The notes: generated from the sequence alone by a model not told the origin. Shown: positions 38,592-50,952, counted from the stretch's first letter. The stretch is DNA of 64,000 nt from Synechococcus sp. (GCA_047284725.1 JBJBEO010000001.1:2136203-2200202), one strand, 5' to 3'. Program-made: numbers and translations.

Positions 38592-38878
38592 CCTTCCGTC
38601 GTCGTCTGGGCTGGCTGGTCATTCGATCCAGTCGAGTCAGATGGATCCTGAACCGCAGTCTGAGCAGCTGGCGGTGCAGAAGTTGAAACGTCCTCAAGCT
38701 GAGGATCAGCCATAGCCTTGTTGATCTCGCGCTCGAATTCCTTGGAAGCGGACTGGAATCCCTTCAGCGTTTTACCGAGCGTTCGACCAAGTTCGGGAAG
38801 TCGCTTCGGCCCAAACACCAGAAGGGCCACAGCGCCAATGACGGCCATCTCTGGAAGGCCGATCCCGAAAACGTTCAT
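38588..38878 (-). CDS. tatA: Twin-arginine translocase subunit TatA/E
   Basis: FGIGLPE...ALLVFGPKRLPELGR motif. Confidence 0.93.
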   Translation of the reverse strand: MNVFGIGLPEMAVIGAVALLVFGPKRLPELGRTLGKTLKGFQSASKEFEREINKAMADPQLEDVSTSAPPAAQTAVQDPSDSTGSNDQPAQTTTEG

Positions 38879-38887
38879 GAATCAAGT

Positions 38888-39088
38888 TCAGCCGAGGCCG
38901 TTCCAGTTGACGTTGATGCCCTCAAGGATGAGCGACTTGTTGTACAGCTGAAGAATCACAAGCAGGAAGACCAGAAACAGCACCATGAAGATGCCCATCA
39001 CTGGAGTGGTCCCCCATCCAGGCACTACCTTGCCGTACTCAGAGTTCAGGGGACGGAGGAGATCTCCCAGACGAGTGCGTTGAGCCAT
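38888..39088 (-). CDS. psbH: Photosystem II protein H
   Basis: [29 protein letters not shown]... Confidence 0.97.
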   Translation of the reverse strand: MAQRTRLGDLLRPLNSEYGKVVPGWGTTPVMGIFMVLFLVFLLVILQLYNKSLILEGINVNWNGLG

Positions 39089-39173
39089 AGCGGCGCTTGG
39101 GTCTCGGGTGAGGTTCAGTCTGGATACTGTAGTGGTCCTGACCTTGATCAGGTCGAACCTGTCGAGAGATGTG

Positions 39174-39314
39174 ATGGAAAGTTCCTCACCAGCCCTGTCT
39201 GTTGCGATCGCCGTGCTTGCTGTGCTGCTGGGCCTAACCGGGTTCGGCGTGTACACCGCCTTTGGGCCTCCCTCCAAACAGCTCGACGATCCGTTTGATG
39301 ATCACGACGACTGA
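39174..39314 (+). CDS. psbN: PSII assembly factor PsbN
   Basis: TM segment plus [20 protein letters not shown]; divergent from psbH. Confidence 0.96.
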   Translation: MESSSPALSVAIAVLAVLLGLTGFGVYTAFGPPSKQLDDPFDDHDD

Positions 39315-42298
39315 GTCCGGTCCGCGTCAGAGACAAGCTCAACCTCAGTGAGCTCACCTGGCCTGAAGGTAATGGCCTCAACCAGCTCCCCCCCACAACG
39401 CCGTAGATGCCATCCCTGGGGCCGCCAGATCTGGCGGCGTGCACCTGGATTGAGCAAGCGCATGCGCAGGCACTGGTCGCTTCCCGATCCAGCCTGTTGC
39501 GTTTCAAGGGCCTTGACCGCCACTGGCACCAGTCCGACAGGAAGCGGTGGCATCAGCTGAGTGGGTTCCTGCAGGGATGCGGGCCTGAACCACCCGGACT
39601 CGCGAAAGCCAAGAGCTGCCTGGGGCACTCCGGCTCGGCACCATCCCTCAGGAATCGGCATCAGGGCCAGGCGGTGACGATGCCAACCGCGGTCAGCCTT
39701 GGGATCAGGCCAGGTGGGGCCGCGCAAGAGCGAAACCCCCAGGCGTGCTTCATCGGCATCCACCCCCTGAGGGCCATCAAGCAACAGTGCCAAACCAGCC
39801 CCTGGAGCTGCAGCAGTGCTGGCACACCAGGAGATCACAGGGACTTCCCAGCGCACCTTCTCCCCAGGGGTGAACGTCCGCACCGGTCGTTCAATCACCC
39901 CACCGCTTGTGTCGGCTGCCACACGCACAGCAGGCTGGGCAAGGGGCAGCTCCAAGCGAAGCACCTCATGGGTCTGCCGCCACTCCACGCTGCAGACCAG
40001 TTCCAACCAAGGCGTATCGGCGCGCAGCTGGCAATCAAGACGAAGTCGGCTGGCGCCGGCACGAGCCCGCAAACACACTCGAGCCAGCAAAGGGCCGCTC
40101 TCCACAAGCTCATAGCCCGCAGGATCCCAGGAAACGGGCAAAGGATGGTCGCGGTAGTCGGCCGCCAGATCCCAGGCATCCCAGAACTCGCCCTGATCTC
40201 GGAACCGGCGCAGAGCCATCGCCCCTTGTAGTTGCGAAACCCCATCCGAATTCCAGAGTTGACGCAGCCCATCAGCCCCCAGATCCGCCGTGAGATGGCC
40301 GTTGGAAAGCCGTACGCCGTCTGCGGTCCTCTCCACCTGCACAGACCTACGCACCGGAGGCAAGACAGCGTTGGGCTCCGCATCAACCTTGCGCTCAAGC
40401 GGCCATGCCATCACCCCCGCGTGCTGGGGCAGCTGCACCCAGACACCACCGGAAGGGGCGGACTGGGTGGGTAAGCACTGGCCGGCGGCCCACCACTGCC
40501 CCGCTGGCAATCGCAGCAAAGGCGACCAATGGGCGAGAGGCTGGAGGCCCACAAAGCACCAGTGATCCGCCGCATCCATCGAACCGAGCAGCTGCTGCAA
40601 GGCCTGATCCCGCAGGCTCGCCGCCTGGCGACGCCCCTGCCTCCACTGCGGCTCCGCCTGATCAAACACCTCCGGAATCGACGTGCCAGGCAGGATGTCG
40701 TGAAATTGTTGAAACAGCAAAGGCCGCCAATCGGCCACCGCCTCTGGCAGCACCTCCCGGCGCAGGCACAACAGCGCCGCCGTCAGATCAGCCTCCCGCA
40801 GCAGTCGCTCAAGGCTGCGGTTGTGTCGCTTCTGATCTGGGCGACTGGTGGCACAGCCCCGATGCAGATCGAGATACAGCTCATCGCGCCACACCGGCAG
40901 ATCAGAGGCGGCGGATTCCAGTGAGGCGAGATAAGCGCGCACCGTTGTGGACTGGCGCGGCACCACCTGAGGATGCCCCTGCCAGAGCTGCAACTGCTCG
41001 AGCATTTCCGCCGTCGGGCCACCACCGTGATCACCGACTCCTGGCGTCCATAACGCCTGATCGAGGCCCGTGCGCTGCCGAAAGCTCCGTTGCTCCGCCT
41101 GCATCGCTCTCGGATCCGCATCCGTGCCGATGGGAGGCAACATCAGCGCCATCACCTCAGCACCACCACGACTGCGCCAGCGAAAGAGGCGATGGGGGAA
41201 GGGTGCCGAGGCGTTCCAGGCCAGCTTGTGAGTACAGAACCAACGCACCCCCTCTGCCGCCGCCACCGCTGGGACCCCCGCCCCGAACCCGAAACTGTCG
41301 GGCAGCCAGGCCAACGCATGACTCCACTCGGGGAAGGCACGACGGCTGTAGCCCTGACCGAGACCAAATTGCTGCCACAGCGACGCTGTGCTCACCAACA
41401 CGCAATCGGTTTCCACCCATGGGCCATTGATCGGTTCCCAGCGCCCCTCTGCGCTGGCGGCACTGATTCGTTGCCACAGCGCCGGCCGGAACTGCTCCAT
41501 CCATTCATAAAGAGCCGGGGTGGAGTGCGCGAAACGCAACTCAGGGAAACGATCCATCAAATCGAGAACCGAGCGGAAGGTTCGTTCTGCCGCCTGCCAT
41601 GTGTCGGCCACTGGCCACAGCCAGGCCAGATCCAAATGGGCATGACCAACCCAATGCACGCGACCTTGAGGGCTTGAACGTGCCGCCAAGAAGGCCTCCA
41701 CGCTCTCTCTGGCCTCGACGGAGAGTGGATCCAGCACCAACCACGAGTCCGGCAGATCATCAACGGATGGGAGCGCCAGATCAAGAGCGTCTGGCAACAG
41801 CAACCGTTGAGGGTCATCACCGGGGCACAGCGGTTCTCGCACCACCGCACTGGTGATCAAGGCTCCATCGTCATGACACGGGCTGCGCAGCTCCAGCAGG
41901 CAATCAAGCGGTTGACCCTGCTGCCACGACGCAGGCAGGGGCCAACGGCAGCGGGTATCAAACAGATCACCCTCATGCACCAACACCCCATCGACCCAGA
42001 GGCGCACCTGATCCGCCCACCAACTCAGCACCAGACGCTCACGGCCTCCACCAATCAGCCGCCACGGCTCAGGGCAGGGCAGATGGAGGGTCAGGCGCCG
42101 CCAGATCCCACCCCGCGGCCAGGTCAGCAACCCGCGTGCAGCCCAGTCAGGGCGGTGAATCTGCCCCCATCGATCGTGCAGCGCCAACCCTCGCTCCGGG
42201 GCTTCCAGCACCTGCCATCGCGGCAATAAGTCCAGATGCGTGCGACTGCGAAACGTTTCAATCCACTCCGATCGCTGGGCCTGAAGACGGTTCTGCAT
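39302..42298 (-). CDS. Glycoside hydrolase family 38 alpha-mannosidase
   Basis: [34 protein letters not shown] and QFHDILPG motifs; start approximate (must lie clear of psbI). Confidence 0.93.
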   Translation of the reverse strand: MQNRLQAQRSEWIETFRSRTHLDLLPRWQVLEAPERGLALHDRWGQIHRPDWAARGLLTWPRGGIWRRLTLHLPCPEPWRLIGGGRERLVLSWWADQVRLWVDGVLVHEGDLFDTRCRWPLPASWQQGQPLDCLLELRSPCHDDGALITSAVVREPLCPGDDPQRLLLPDALDLALPSVDDLPDSWLVLDPLSVEARESVEAFLAARSSPQGRVHWVGHAHLDLAWLWPVADTWQAAERTFRSVLDLMDRFPELRFAHSTPALYEWMEQFRPALWQRISAASAEGRWEPINGPWVETDCVLVSTASLWQQFGLGQGYSRRAFPEWSHALAWLPDSFGFGAGVPAVAAAEGVRWFCTHKLAWNASAPFPHRLFRWRSRGGAEVMALMLPPIGTDADPRAMQAEQRSFRQRTGLDQALWTPGVGDHGGGPTAEMLEQLQLWQGHPQVVPRQSTTVRAYLASLESAASDLPVWRDELYLDLHRGCATSRPDQKRHNRSLERLLREADLTAALLCLRREVLPEAVADWRPLLFQQFHDILPGTSIPEVFDQAEPQWRQGRRQAASLRDQALQQLLGSMDAADHWCFVGLQPLAHWSPLLRLPAGQWWAAGQCLPTQSAPSGGVWVQLPQHAGVMAWPLERKVDAEPNAVLPPVRRSVQVERTADGVRLSNGHLTADLGADGLRQLWNSDGVSQLQGAMALRRFRDQGEFWDAWDLAADYRDHPLPVSWDPAGYELVESGPLLARVCLRARAGASRLRLDCQLRADTPWLELVCSVEWRQTHEVLRLELPLAQPAVRVAADTSGGVIERPVRTFTPGEKVRWEVPVISWCASTAAAPGAGLALLLDGPQGVDADEARLGVSLLRGPTWPDPKADRGWHRHRLALMPIPEGWCRAGVPQAALGFRESGWFRPASLQEPTQLMPPLPVGLVPVAVKALETQQAGSGSDQCLRMRLLNPGARRQIWRPQGWHLRRCGGELVEAITFRPGELTEVELVSDADRTQSS

Positions 42299-42359
42299 CG
42301 TGTCTTCCCAACATTGCCCCATAGGATGATGCCGCTGTCCCAGACGCCGGTCGGTCTCC

Positions 42360-42479
42360 ATGCTTGCCCTCAAGATCTCCGTTTACTCGGTCGTCTTCTT
42401 CTTCCTCGGGATCTTCGTGTTCGGCTTCCTGGCTAGCGATCCCAGTCGCACCCCAAGCCGCAAGGATCTGGAAGACTGA
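42360..42479 (+). CDS. psbI: Photosystem II protein I, 39 aa
   Basis: Manual translation [39 protein letters not shown]. Confidence 0.97.
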   Translation: MLALKISVYSVVFFFLGIFVFGFLASDPSRTPSRKDLED

Positions 42480-42487
42480 ATTCGCCT

Positions 42488-42528
42488 TGCTGACCAGTGC
42501 TGTTGGTCACGCCAAGCACTGGTCAGCA
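42488..42528. repeat. Perfect 14-bp inverted repeat after psbI (mRNA stabiliser or terminator-like)
   Basis: TGCTGACCAGTGCT (42488-42501) pairs with AGCACTGGTCAGCA (42515-42528); no U-tail. Confidence 0.7.
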
Positions 42529-42584
42529 CCTGATCGATTCAGCATTCACACCATGGCAAGATCAGCGGCCTCAGGAGAGTTCGC

Positions 42585-45500
42585 TTGCCGGGTCGTTTCG
42601 CCAAACTTCAGCGCCCTGACCTGAGCGAATGCCAGTCGGTTGTCTTGGCTGGAGTTGTGGTGAGCATGAGCATGATTCACATGCTCCACGACAAAGGTGC
42701 CCATGCCGCCCCATTGGGAGGTGATGGATCAACCACGCAGGAACAAAGCAAAGGTCAAGCGCCCCTGGCGATCCAGCTTCAGGCCGATCGTCAGTACTAC
42801 GACGGCGATCTGGATCTGGTCGTTGCCTCCGGCAATGTCAGCGCCCGTATCAATGGCGGTCTGCTGCAGGCCGACAGAATTGAATTTGACACCGAGTTCA
42901 ACACCCTGGCCGCCAGAGGCAGTGTTCGCTTCCGTCGGGGATCTCAGTATTTCCAGGCCAGCAGTCTTCGCTTCAGCCTGATCCACAACGAAGGCGTCTT
43001 GGAAGACGTCTATGGCGTTCTGGATCTCGACAGTGCAGCGATTGACCTGAATCCCGGCAGTGACGTTCGAGGGCCATCCCTCCGTGACAGCAGCCAAGCG
43101 CTGCCGAGCCTGGAGAGTTCTGATCTCGGTTTTCCCACAGCTCAACAGATCGATCTCGAAAGCACCACGGCTGGTCGCATCAGCCTGAATGCTGATGCGA
43201 CCAGCTTCTGGGACCAGACACAAACAGCAGGCCCGGACTGGCTTGTGCCCACTGAGGTCCATGCCGAGTCGACTGAACATCAGTCCATGGCCTGTCCACC
43301 GGTCCTTCCACCAGTGCCCGAATGGCATCCCCATCCGTGGGCAGCAACGGTCTGGGGCGGACAAAGCATTGACTCCAACTTCGGAGACACGTTTTTGTTC
43401 AACGGGCGGATGCGCCCTGAATATCTCGGTGGAGTGACCTTGCAGAAACGGATCTGGAAAGCAGGTCCACTCGCTATTGAAATCGAAGGCAATCTCCTTG
43501 CGCACCATGCCTATCAACAGGCTGGCGGTGAATTCAACCAGTCCGTTCCCTTTGCCGACACCCCTTCCCAGAGCTTCGGCGAAGGCATCGTCGGTCTGGG
43601 TGCTCGCCTCTGGTTGCAGCCATGGCTCAGCTTCGGCGTCGTGGAAGGGGTGAGCTATTTCACCGACAACAGCAACTACGAACGCACCTATCGCGAAAAC
43701 TACGCACAGCTGCTCAACTATCTGGGCTTTGAACTGGAAGCAGCTGTTTCAAAGCAGCTCTCACTGGTGGGTCGTATTCACCACCGCTCCGGGGCTTTTG
43801 GCACCTACAGCGGTGTGCGAGAGGGAAGCAATGCCTACCTCATCGGGGCTCGTTATCGCTGGGGGAGAGATCAGGCCCCTGAACGGCAAGCCGCAATGCC
43901 CCCGCCGCTGGGCTGCCCGGACCCAGACCGCGCCCAGCGCAGAACTGCCAAGAGCCTCAGCGAGGAATTGGATTCAGTCACGTTTGGGGATGGCCAACGC
44001 CCAGCCACAGCCTCCCCATCTGGTCCATCCGAGTCAATCGCCCAAACCAGCGAGTCCAGCCTTTCCCCAGCCGAACAGGAAGCCCTTCGTGACCGTGCCA
44101 TCGCTGCGATCGACCAGAGAATCGGCAGCATCCAGTTCCAGCAGACCCTCACGATTGAGCGGCGCGTCGGAGTCGCTGCAGGGACCCGACGGCAGCAGGA
44201 CACCCGTGAACAAACCATCAGGGAAGAAAATGACTATGGCGGCATGAAGCCCAGTCAGCTCAACGCTCTCGGCAAAACCCAACTCGTCACAGGCGAAATC
44301 AGCCGGTGGCGTGTCCAGGCCTCGCGGATTGAGATCACTCCGGAGGGCTGGTCAGCTGAACGCATGGGCTTCACCAATGACCCCTTTACTCCTGCCCAGA
44401 CCCGTATCGACGCCGAAGGTGTGGTCGCGGTGCAAGAGGCCAACGGCGACCTGCTCATCAAGGCCAAGCGCAACAGGCTGATCGTGGAAGAGCGTCTGCC
44501 GATCAGCGTCAGTCGCAGCCAGCGCATTCAGAAACAAGAAGAAGTGGAAAATCGCTGGGTGCTCGGCATCGACAACGAGGACCGCGACGGCTTCTTTATT
44601 GGTCGCACACTGAAGCCGATCCGGCTGTCGAGCAATTTCCAACTCGACCTGCAACCACAGGTCTTGGTGCAACGCGCGATCGACGGGGAAACCAAGAGCT
44701 ATGTCGCCCCTGGCAGTGCAGTCGACAGTGGCACGGTGACACAACCGATCAGTGCTGCAGACGCGTTCGGTCTGGAGGCTGAACTCTCCGGCCAGGTCTG
44801 GGGATGGAAGACATCACTGAATGCCGACATCAGCAGCCTCGAACCAACCAACATTGCCAACGCCAGCCGTTACTGGGGTGAACTGAAGAATGGATTCACC
44901 ATGCCTTGGCTGGGCAACATCAAAACCCGACTGTTCGGCGCCTATCGCTACCGCACCTGGAATGGCTCGCTTGGCCAGACCGACGTGTATTCAGCCTTTG
45001 GAGGGTTCGCTGAGCAGAAAGGCAACTGGAACTGGGGCCAATTGAGCAATACCTACCTCTGGAGGTTCGGTGTCGGCAACTATCAAGCGGAACGTTTCGA
45101 AAGCGACAACCTGGCTGACCTCTGGCGGGCCAATTTCTATGGATCCTTGAACAGCAGTTACCCGCTGTGGCGAGGTCAATCAGCAGCGCTCACCCCAGAA
45201 GCTGCCTACCGCTATTCCCCTGTCGCCATCGTGCCGGGGCTACGCCTGGACAGCAATATCAACACACTGCTGGCCGCCTATGGCAATGGGACCCGACAGA
45301 ACACCATCTCCCTCAGTGGAGGGCCAACCCTCACACTGGGCACCTTCAGCAAACCCTTCCTCGACTACACCCAGCTCTCGGTGATCGCAGGCGGAACGCT
45401 CAAGCAGGGCTCCAGCCCCTTCGACTTCGATCAAGCGATCGATCTCGGCACCGTGGGCGTAGGTCTCACCCAACAGCTTGCAGGCCCGCTGGTGATCAGT

Positions 45501-45740
45501 GCAGGCGTCGCGGTGAACGCGAACCCCAATTCGAGTTTCTACGGCAGTGTGATCAACTCGAATCTTGAATTGCGCTGGCAACGACGGTCCTACGACTTCG
45601 GCTTCTACTACAACCCCTATGAAGGCATTGGCGGTTTCCGCTTCAGACTCAACGACTTCAATTTCACCGGCACGGGAGTTCCCTTCGTGCCCTACTCACC
45701 GACGACTCTGAACAACGGAATGGGTGAACGGCCCTTCTGA
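42585..45740 (+). CDS. LptD/OstA-like outer-membrane protein (DUF3769 type) with an internal insertion
   Basis: N-terminal OstA-like LQADRQ.YD...A.GNV...LQADRI, C-terminal beta-barrel with D..DRDG.F and RRSY....YNP...GGF.FRLNDF; start uncertain. Confidence 0.82.
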   Translation: MPGRFAKLQRPDLSECQSVVLAGVVVSMSMIHMLHDKGAHAAPLGGDGSTTQEQSKGQAPLAIQLQADRQYYDGDLDLVVASGNVSARINGGLLQADRIEFDTEFNTLAARGSVRFRRGSQYFQASSLRFSLIHNEGVLEDVYGVLDLDSAAIDLNPGSDVRGPSLRDSSQALPSLESSDLGFPTAQQIDLESTTAGRISLNADATSFWDQTQTAGPDWLVPTEVHAESTEHQSMACPPVLPPVPEWHPHPWAATVWGGQSIDSNFGDTFLFNGRMRPEYLGGVTLQKRIWKAGPLAIEIEGNLLAHHAYQQAGGEFNQSVPFADTPSQSFGEGIVGLGARLWLQPWLSFGVVEGVSYFTDNSNYERTYRENYAQLLNYLGFELEAAVSKQLSLVGRIHHRSGAFGTYSGVREGSNAYLIGARYRWGRDQAPERQAAMPPPLGCPDPDRAQRRTAKSLSEELDSVTFGDGQRPATASPSGPSESIAQTSESSLSPAEQEALRDRAIAAIDQRIGSIQFQQTLTIERRVGVAAGTRRQQDTREQTIREENDYGGMKPSQLNALGKTQLVTGEISRWRVQASRIEITPEGWSAERMGFTNDPFTPAQTRIDAEGVVAVQEANGDLLIKAKRNRLIVEERLPISVSRSQRIQKQEEVENRWVLGIDNEDRDGFFIGRTLKPIRLSSNFQLDLQPQVLVQRAIDGETKSYVAPGSAVDSGTVTQPISAADAFGLEAELSGQVWGWKTSLNADISSLEPTNIANASRYWGELKNGFTMPWLGNIKTRLFGAYRYRTWNGSLGQTDVYSAFGGFAEQKGNWNWGQLSNTYLWRFGVGNYQAERFESDNLADLWRANFYGSLNSSYPLWRGQSAALTPEAAYRYSPVAIVPGLRLDSNINTLLAAYGNGTRQNTISLSGGPTLTLGTFSKPFLDYTQLSVIAGGTLKQGSSPFDFDQAIDLGTVGVGLTQQLAGPLVISAGVAVNANPNSSFYGSVINSNLELRWQRRSYDFGFYYNPYEGIGGFRFRLNDFNFTGTGVPFVPYSPTTLNNGMGERPF

Positions 45741-45769
45741 CCATCGAATTCTCAGCTCGGACGCAGTTG

Positions 45770-46234
45770 TCAGTCCGGACCGCCACCGTAAATCAAATGG
45801 CTACCGGTGAGATCCGAGCCGGCGTACTGCATTCCTTCGGTGAGAACCCCGGGGGCAAGCGCATTGATTACCACCGCCTCACGCAGGTCGGCACGGCGTA
45901 GATCCGTTCCAGTAAGTTCAGCATTGCTCAGTACGGCCCGTTGCAGATTGGCGCCGCCAAGACGGGCACCACTGAGATCAGCCCCTTCAAGATTGGCCTC
46001 CTGCAATTGAGCCCCACGCAGATCGGCGTCACGCAGGTCGACGCCGATCAGATGGGCACCGCGAAGATCCACACCCCGCAGGTCACAGCCTGCGCAAGCA
46101 CCTGTGGCCTGCAACTGCACGGCCGGGACCTGTTCAACAGGAATCCGCTGGCCTCCTCGAACAGGGCCAACAACAGAACACCCGAGTGCGATCACACCCA
46201 ACCAGGACACCCAAGACACACGACAACAGTCCAT
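45770..46234 (-). CDS. Secreted or lumenal pentapeptide-repeat protein
   Basis: Signal peptide, CAGCDL, then A(D/N)L.. repeats. Confidence 0.9.
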   Translation of the reverse strand: MDCCRVSWVSWLGVIALGCSVVGPVRGGQRIPVEQVPAVQLQATGACAGCDLRGVDLRGAHLIGVDLRDADLRGAQLQEANLEGADLSGARLGGANLQRAVLSNAELTGTDLRRADLREAVVINALAPGVLTEGMQYAGSDLTGSHLIYGGGPD

Positions 46235-46305
46235 GGCCCCAACACCTCTCTCTCCTTCATAGACACTCAGACAAGTGTCCGCAGCCCCTGCTCAACACTG
46301 AGGCC

Positions 46306-46920
46306 TCAGAAACCGTTGAGGTAAGGAAGCATCGCCATGGTCCGTGTCAGCTCAGCACCGCGAGCGACCAACTGAGACGTGGCATCCCAGCGGCCGCTGC
46401 GCAACATATCGAGGGCACCAGCATCCAACCCCACACTCCAAGCACCTGGTTCACCGCGGAACTGCAATGCCTCAAGGTCCAGGGTCCAGGCCGCGGCTGA
46501 ATCCGCCGCCACGGCGTCCTGCAACTGGAGGATCTGGTCAGGAGTCGCCGTCGCGCATGGAATGCCGAGAGCCAGACAGTTTCCGTGGAAGATCTCGGCG
46601 AAGCTCACTCCCACCAAGGCGCGGATTCCCCAACGCATCAGCGCTTGGGGCGCATGTTCACGGCTTGAGCCGCAACCGAAATTGCCGTTCACGACCAGAA
46701 TCGAGGAACCAGCGTGATCCGGCTGATCGAAAGGATGGGCACCGTCCAACTCCTTGCGATCATCGGCAAATACCTGGTCGCCGAGGGCATCAAAACTGAC
46801 GCACTTGAGGAAACGAGCCGGAATGATCCGGTCGGTGTCGATGTCGTCACCGCGAAGGGCGAACGCTCGACCGCTAACGCTGGAGATCGCGCCGTGAGGG
46901 AATGAACCGGTCTGGGTCAT
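46306..46920 (-). CDS. leuD: 3-isopropylmalate dehydratase small subunit
   Basis: DIDTDRIIPARFL and NFGCGSSREHAP motifs. Confidence 0.97.
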   Translation of the reverse strand: MTQTGSFPHGAISSVSGRAFALRGDDIDTDRIIPARFLKCVSFDALGDQVFADDRKELDGAHPFDQPDHAGSSILVVNGNFGCGSSREHAPQALMRWGIRALVGVSFAEIFHGNCLALGIPCATATPDQILQLQDAVAADSAAAWTLDLEALQFRGEPGAWSVGLDAGALDMLRSGRWDATSQLVARGAELTRTMAMLPYLNGF

Positions 46921-46970
46921 GGCTGAAGGAGGAGAACAGTCGAGACAGAAGAAACGCGAAGCGGAGACAC

Positions 46971-48386
46971 TCAGCCTTCAGCGGCAGCCAAGCTACGCAC
47001 GTCGACCACTGCTCCACGCACCGCAGCAGCGGCCACCATCGCCGGACTCATCAACAGGGTGCGTCCGCTGGCTGATCCCTGACGCCCCTTGAAATTCCGA
47101 TTGCTGGAACTGGCACTGATCTGACGACCTTCCAGGCGATCAGGGTTCATGGCCAGACACATCGAACAACCCGGCTCCCGCCATTCAAACCCGGCGTCTC
47201 TGAACACTTGGTCGAGGCCTTCCGCTTCAGCGGCGCGCGCCACCTGTTCCGAGCCAGGCACCACAAAGGCCTTGATCCCTTTCGCCACATGGCGACCTCG
47301 GGCCACATCCGCCGCAGCCTGAAGGTCACTGAGGCGTCCGTTGGTGCAGCTGCCGATGAAACACACATCGACAGGCACCCCGGCAATGGCAGAACCGGGA
47401 GCCAGATCCATGTAGCGGTAAGCCTCTTCCGCGATGGGGCGATCGGCCGGATCCATTTGATCGGGCGTGGGCACCCTTTCATCGACACCAATGCCCTGAC
47501 CAGGTGTGATCCCCCACGTCACGGTGGGGGCGATGGCTGCCGCATCAAAACGGATTTCATCATCGAAGCTGGCGTCAGCATCCGAGGCCAGCGATCGCCA
47601 CCAGTTCACAGCACGAACCCACGCCTCCGCCTGGGGGGCTTCGGCTCGGCCGGCGAGATAGTCGAAGGTGACCTGATCGGGATTGACGTAACCGCAACGG
47701 GCGCCGCCTTCGATGGCCATGTTGCAGAGGGTCATGCGCTCCTCCATGGAGAGCACCTCAATCGCCGGACCTGCAAATTCATAGGCATGGCCCACACCTG
47801 CCTTGACGCCAAGGGTGCGGATCACATGCAGGATCAGGTCTTTGGCGAAGACACCTGGAGAAAGCTGATTCTCGAACCACAACCGGCGCACCTTGAGCTT
47901 GTTCATGGCCAGGCTCTGGCTGGCAAGCACATCACGCACCTGGCTGGTGCCAATTCCGAACGCAATGGCACCGAAGGCACCATGGGTGGAGGTGTGGGAA
48001 TCACCGCAAGCAACGGTCATGCCCGGCTGGGTGAGACCGAGTTCAGGGGCAATCACATGCACAATCCCCTGTCGACCACTGCCAAGACCATGCAGGGTGA
48101 TGCCATGGCGCTGGCAATTGCGCTCCAGGGTGCTGAGCATCTCCTCCGCAAGAGGATCAGCAAAAGGCCTGGCCTGGCTTGTGGTGGGGACGATGTGATC
48201 AACCGTCGCCACAGTGCGCTCAGGGCAGCGCACGGACAGGCCCTTGTCATCGAGGGCGGCAAACGCCTGCGGGCTGGTGACCTCATGGATCAGATGCAGA
48301 CCGATCAACAACTGGGTGGAACCACCGGGAAGATCTGCCACACGGTGCAGTTCCCAGACTTTGTCGTAAAGCGTGCCGCTGCTCAT
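46971..48386 (-). CDS. leuC: 3-isopropylmalate dehydratase large subunit
   Basis: [28 protein letters not shown] and GCSMC motifs. Confidence 0.98.
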   Translation of the reverse strand: MSSGTLYDKVWELHRVADLPGGSTQLLIGLHLIHEVTSPQAFAALDDKGLSVRCPERTVATVDHIVPTTSQARPFADPLAEEMLSTLERNCQRHGITLHGLGSGRQGIVHVIAPELGLTQPGMTVACGDSHTSTHGAFGAIAFGIGTSQVRDVLASQSLAMNKLKVRRLWFENQLSPGVFAKDLILHVIRTLGVKAGVGHAYEFAGPAIEVLSMEERMTLCNMAIEGGARCGYVNPDQVTFDYLAGRAEAPQAEAWVRAVNWWRSLASDADASFDDEIRFDAAAIAPTVTWGITPGQGIGVDERVPTPDQMDPADRPIAEEAYRYMDLAPGSAIAGVPVDVCFIGSCTNGRLSDLQAAADVARGRHVAKGIKAFVVPGSEQVARAAEAEGLDQVFRDAGFEWREPGCSMCLAMNPDRLEGRQISASSSNRNFKGRQGSASGRTLLMSPAMVAAAAVRGAVVDVRSLAAAEG

Positions 48387-48435
48387 TCCGGCGCTGTTAT
48401 CAGCGAATCACCCTAGAGCGTTGCCGCAGGTCTGA

Positions 48436-49707
48436 TCAGGCCTGCGGCAGGAGCTGCAGACGCAGACGATCGAGGGCTTCACCAGCACTGAGACGACGAA
48501 CCCAGTCGCGACCGCGAGTATGACCAAACCGACAAGGACTGCTGCTGCTGCTCTTCGGACCCGAAACGGCAAGATGCACCAGACCGACGGGTTTCTCAGG
48601 ACTGCCACCACCAGGGCCGGCGATGCCGGTGATCGCCACTCCCCAATCGGCACCCGTGCAACGCCGCACCCCCTCGGCCATCGCCTGCGCCACGGGACCA
48701 CTGACGGCACCGTGGCAATCGAGCAGATCAGCCGGCACCCCCAACATCGACTGTTTGATGGCGTTGGAATAGGCGATCACGCCGCCGAGCACCACATCGG
48801 AAGAGCCAGGTACGGCGGTCAACGCAGCCCCCAGACCTCCACCCGTACAGGATTCAGCCACTGCCACGGTCTGGCCCCGTTGACGCAACAAGTCGAGCAC
48901 CACGGACGCCAGGGTGTCGTCATCCGTTCCGAAACAGCGACGGCCCGTGCGTCGTCGCAACTCCTGCTCCAAAGGGGCCAGCATCAGTTGCCCTTCTGCC
49001 TCGGTGTCAGCCCTGGCAGTGAGGCGCAGCATCACCTCACCACCGCCTGCATAGGGCGCCACGGTGGGATTGGAACCCATCAGCAGATCATCGATCTGCT
49101 CCGCGAGTGTCGATTCACCGATGCCCCAGAAATGCAGTTTGCGACTGGTCAACACACCCTGCATCAGGCCGGACTGCTGAAACCAGGGCACAGCCGTGGC
49201 TTTCCACATCGCACGCATTTCGCTCGGCACCCCAGGGAATGTCAGCACCGTGAAGCCCTCCTTGGGCGACCAGATCATCCCGGGGGCCGTGCCTGTGGGA
49301 TTCGGCAGCACCGTTGCCCCGAGGGGAAGCAACGCCTGCCTTCGGGTGCTTGGGGAGGGATCTCGCCCCCTGCTTCGAGCCTTGGCAGTGATGTCAGCCC
49401 ACACCTCAGGGCGCTCCTCCAGAGGCACCTCGAATGCTGCTGCAATCGCCTCTGTCGTGAGGTCATCCGGTGTTGGGCCCAAACCACCGGTGGTGATCAG
49501 CACTGAGCAACGGCACGCCGCTTCGCGCACAAACCAGATGAGCCGGTCGCGATTGTCACCGAGCACCGACTGTCTGTAGTGGGGCAGTGCGAGGCCAGCG
49601 AGCTGCTCACCCAGCCAGCGGGCATTGCCATTGAGGATGTTGCCCAACAACAGCTCGGTGCCGACACAGAGCAACTCAACCCCCTTGGCAAACGGGGGCT
49701 CAGCCAT
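48436..49707 (-). CDS. cinA: Competence/damage-inducible protein CinA (with NMN deamidase domain)
   Basis: [33 protein letters not shown] and TGIAGPGG motifs. Confidence 0.94.
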   Translation of the reverse strand: MAEPPFAKGVELLCVGTELLLGNILNGNARWLGEQLAGLALPHYRQSVLGDNRDRLIWFVREAACRCSVLITTGGLGPTPDDLTTEAIAAAFEVPLEERPEVWADITAKARSRGRDPSPSTRRQALLPLGATVLPNPTGTAPGMIWSPKEGFTVLTFPGVPSEMRAMWKATAVPWFQQSGLMQGVLTSRKLHFWGIGESTLAEQIDDLLMGSNPTVAPYAGGGEVMLRLTARADTEAEGQLMLAPLEQELRRRTGRRCFGTDDDTLASVVLDLLRQRGQTVAVAESCTGGGLGAALTAVPGSSDVVLGGVIAYSNAIKQSMLGVPADLLDCHGAVSGPVAQAMAEGVRRCTGADWGVAITGIAGPGGGSPEKPVGLVHLAVSGPKSSSSSPCRFGHTRGRDWVRRLSAGEALDRLRLQLLPQA

Positions 49708-50863
49708 GGCGGTTGGAACAGGGTTGTTGTTCGTAAGGCTCGGAAGCATGGTGCTCGGCCCTGGTGCGGCGGCGAGCGGCTTTGCGCGCAGTGTCTTCAA
49801 TCTGGCGTCGACGCAGCATCACCACAGCAGCCACAAGAATGGCCGTCGCCAGGGCCAACCAGAGGAAACGCAACTCGACGTTGGCCACCACCATCGCCAA
49901 GGCAGCTAACCATTGGGTGAACACATAGATCAAAAGGACTGTGCGACGGTGACTGAAACCCGCCCGCAGAAGCCGATGATGCAGGTGGCGGCGATCGGGA
50001 TAGAAGGGGGAATGGCCATCACTGAGGCGGCCCATGATCACTGCCGACATATCGGCTAGCGGCAAGGACAGAATCAGCAGAGGCAACAACAAGCTGACGG
50101 TGGTGAGCCCCTTGGCAGGTCCGACGATGCTGACCGCGGCCAAGCTGAAACCGAGAAAGTAGGAACCGCCATCTCCCATGAAGATGCGTGCCGGATTGAA
50201 GTTATGGCGAAGAAAGCCGAAACAGCATCCAGCCAAGGCCGCTGCCAGCAACCCTGCCGCTGCTTGATTCAACGAAAAGCTGACCGACAAAAGGCCGACG
50301 GCAGCGATGCCTGCGACGCCAGCCGCCAATCCATCCAAACCATCCAGCCAGTTGATGGCATTGGTGATGCCCACCAGCCAGATCACAGTGGCGGCGAGAC
50401 TGAGCAACCTTGGCAACACAATCACCGAGGCCGAATCACCAAGCCAGGGCAGATCAATCGCGCCGATCTGCACACCCTGTGTCCACACAACGATGGAGAC
50501 GGCAATCTGCCCAGCCAGTCGGGGCCAGGGCGAGAGGGCGAACAGATCGTCCGCCAGGCCAATCAGAAAAAAACAGAGGGATCCGGCCAGCGTGGTCCAG
50601 ATCAATTGATCTCGATCCGGGGCCAGCAAACCAAACCCCCCGATTGCCCAGGTCAGTGCAAGAGCTGTGCAGAAACCCAACACCATGCCAACACCACCGA
50701 GGCGAACCATCGGCGTGGAATGCTGCTTGCGTGAATCGGGTTGATCGGTCAGGCCGAGTGTTAAACCCAACCGCCGCACCATCGGCACCACAACCGTGGT
50801 GATAACTGCCGAGATCATGAGCGTGATCACGGCAACGGCGAGGGGGCTGCTCGCGAGGCTCAA
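49700..50863 (-). CDS. MraY/WecA family glycosyltransferase (undecaprenyl-phosphate GlcNAc-1-phosphate transferase-like)
   Basis: [34 protein letters not shown] and HLHHRL motifs; TTG start inferred. Confidence 0.92.
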   Translation of the reverse strand: MSLASSPLAVAVITLMISAVITTVVVPMVRRLGLTLGLTDQPDSRKQHSTPMVRLGGVGMVLGFCTALALTWAIGGFGLLAPDRDQLIWTTLAGSLCFFLIGLADDLFALSPWPRLAGQIAVSIVVWTQGVQIGAIDLPWLGDSASVIVLPRLLSLAATVIWLVGITNAINWLDGLDGLAAGVAGIAAVGLLSVSFSLNQAAAGLLAAALAGCCFGFLRHNFNPARIFMGDGGSYFLGFSLAAVSIVGPAKGLTTVSLLLPLLILSLPLADMSAVIMGRLSDGHSPFYPDRRHLHHRLLRAGFSHRRTVLLIYVFTQWLAALAMVVANVELRFLWLALATAILVAAVVMLRRRQIEDTARKAARRRTRAEHHASEPYEQQPCSNRHG

Positions 50864-50952
50864 CGACGACTCCGCAGAGGGAACACCTTCAGAGGTGAGG
50901 CACCAATAATCTAGGCAAGTCGTCGAAGCCGTTCCAGCCCCTGCTGGGCCAG

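Noticed and set aside
45850..46090. Periodic 15-nt repeats suggesting a CRISPR or repeat array
   Set aside because: They are explained by the pentapeptide-repeat protein; there are no identical repeats with spacers and no cas genes.
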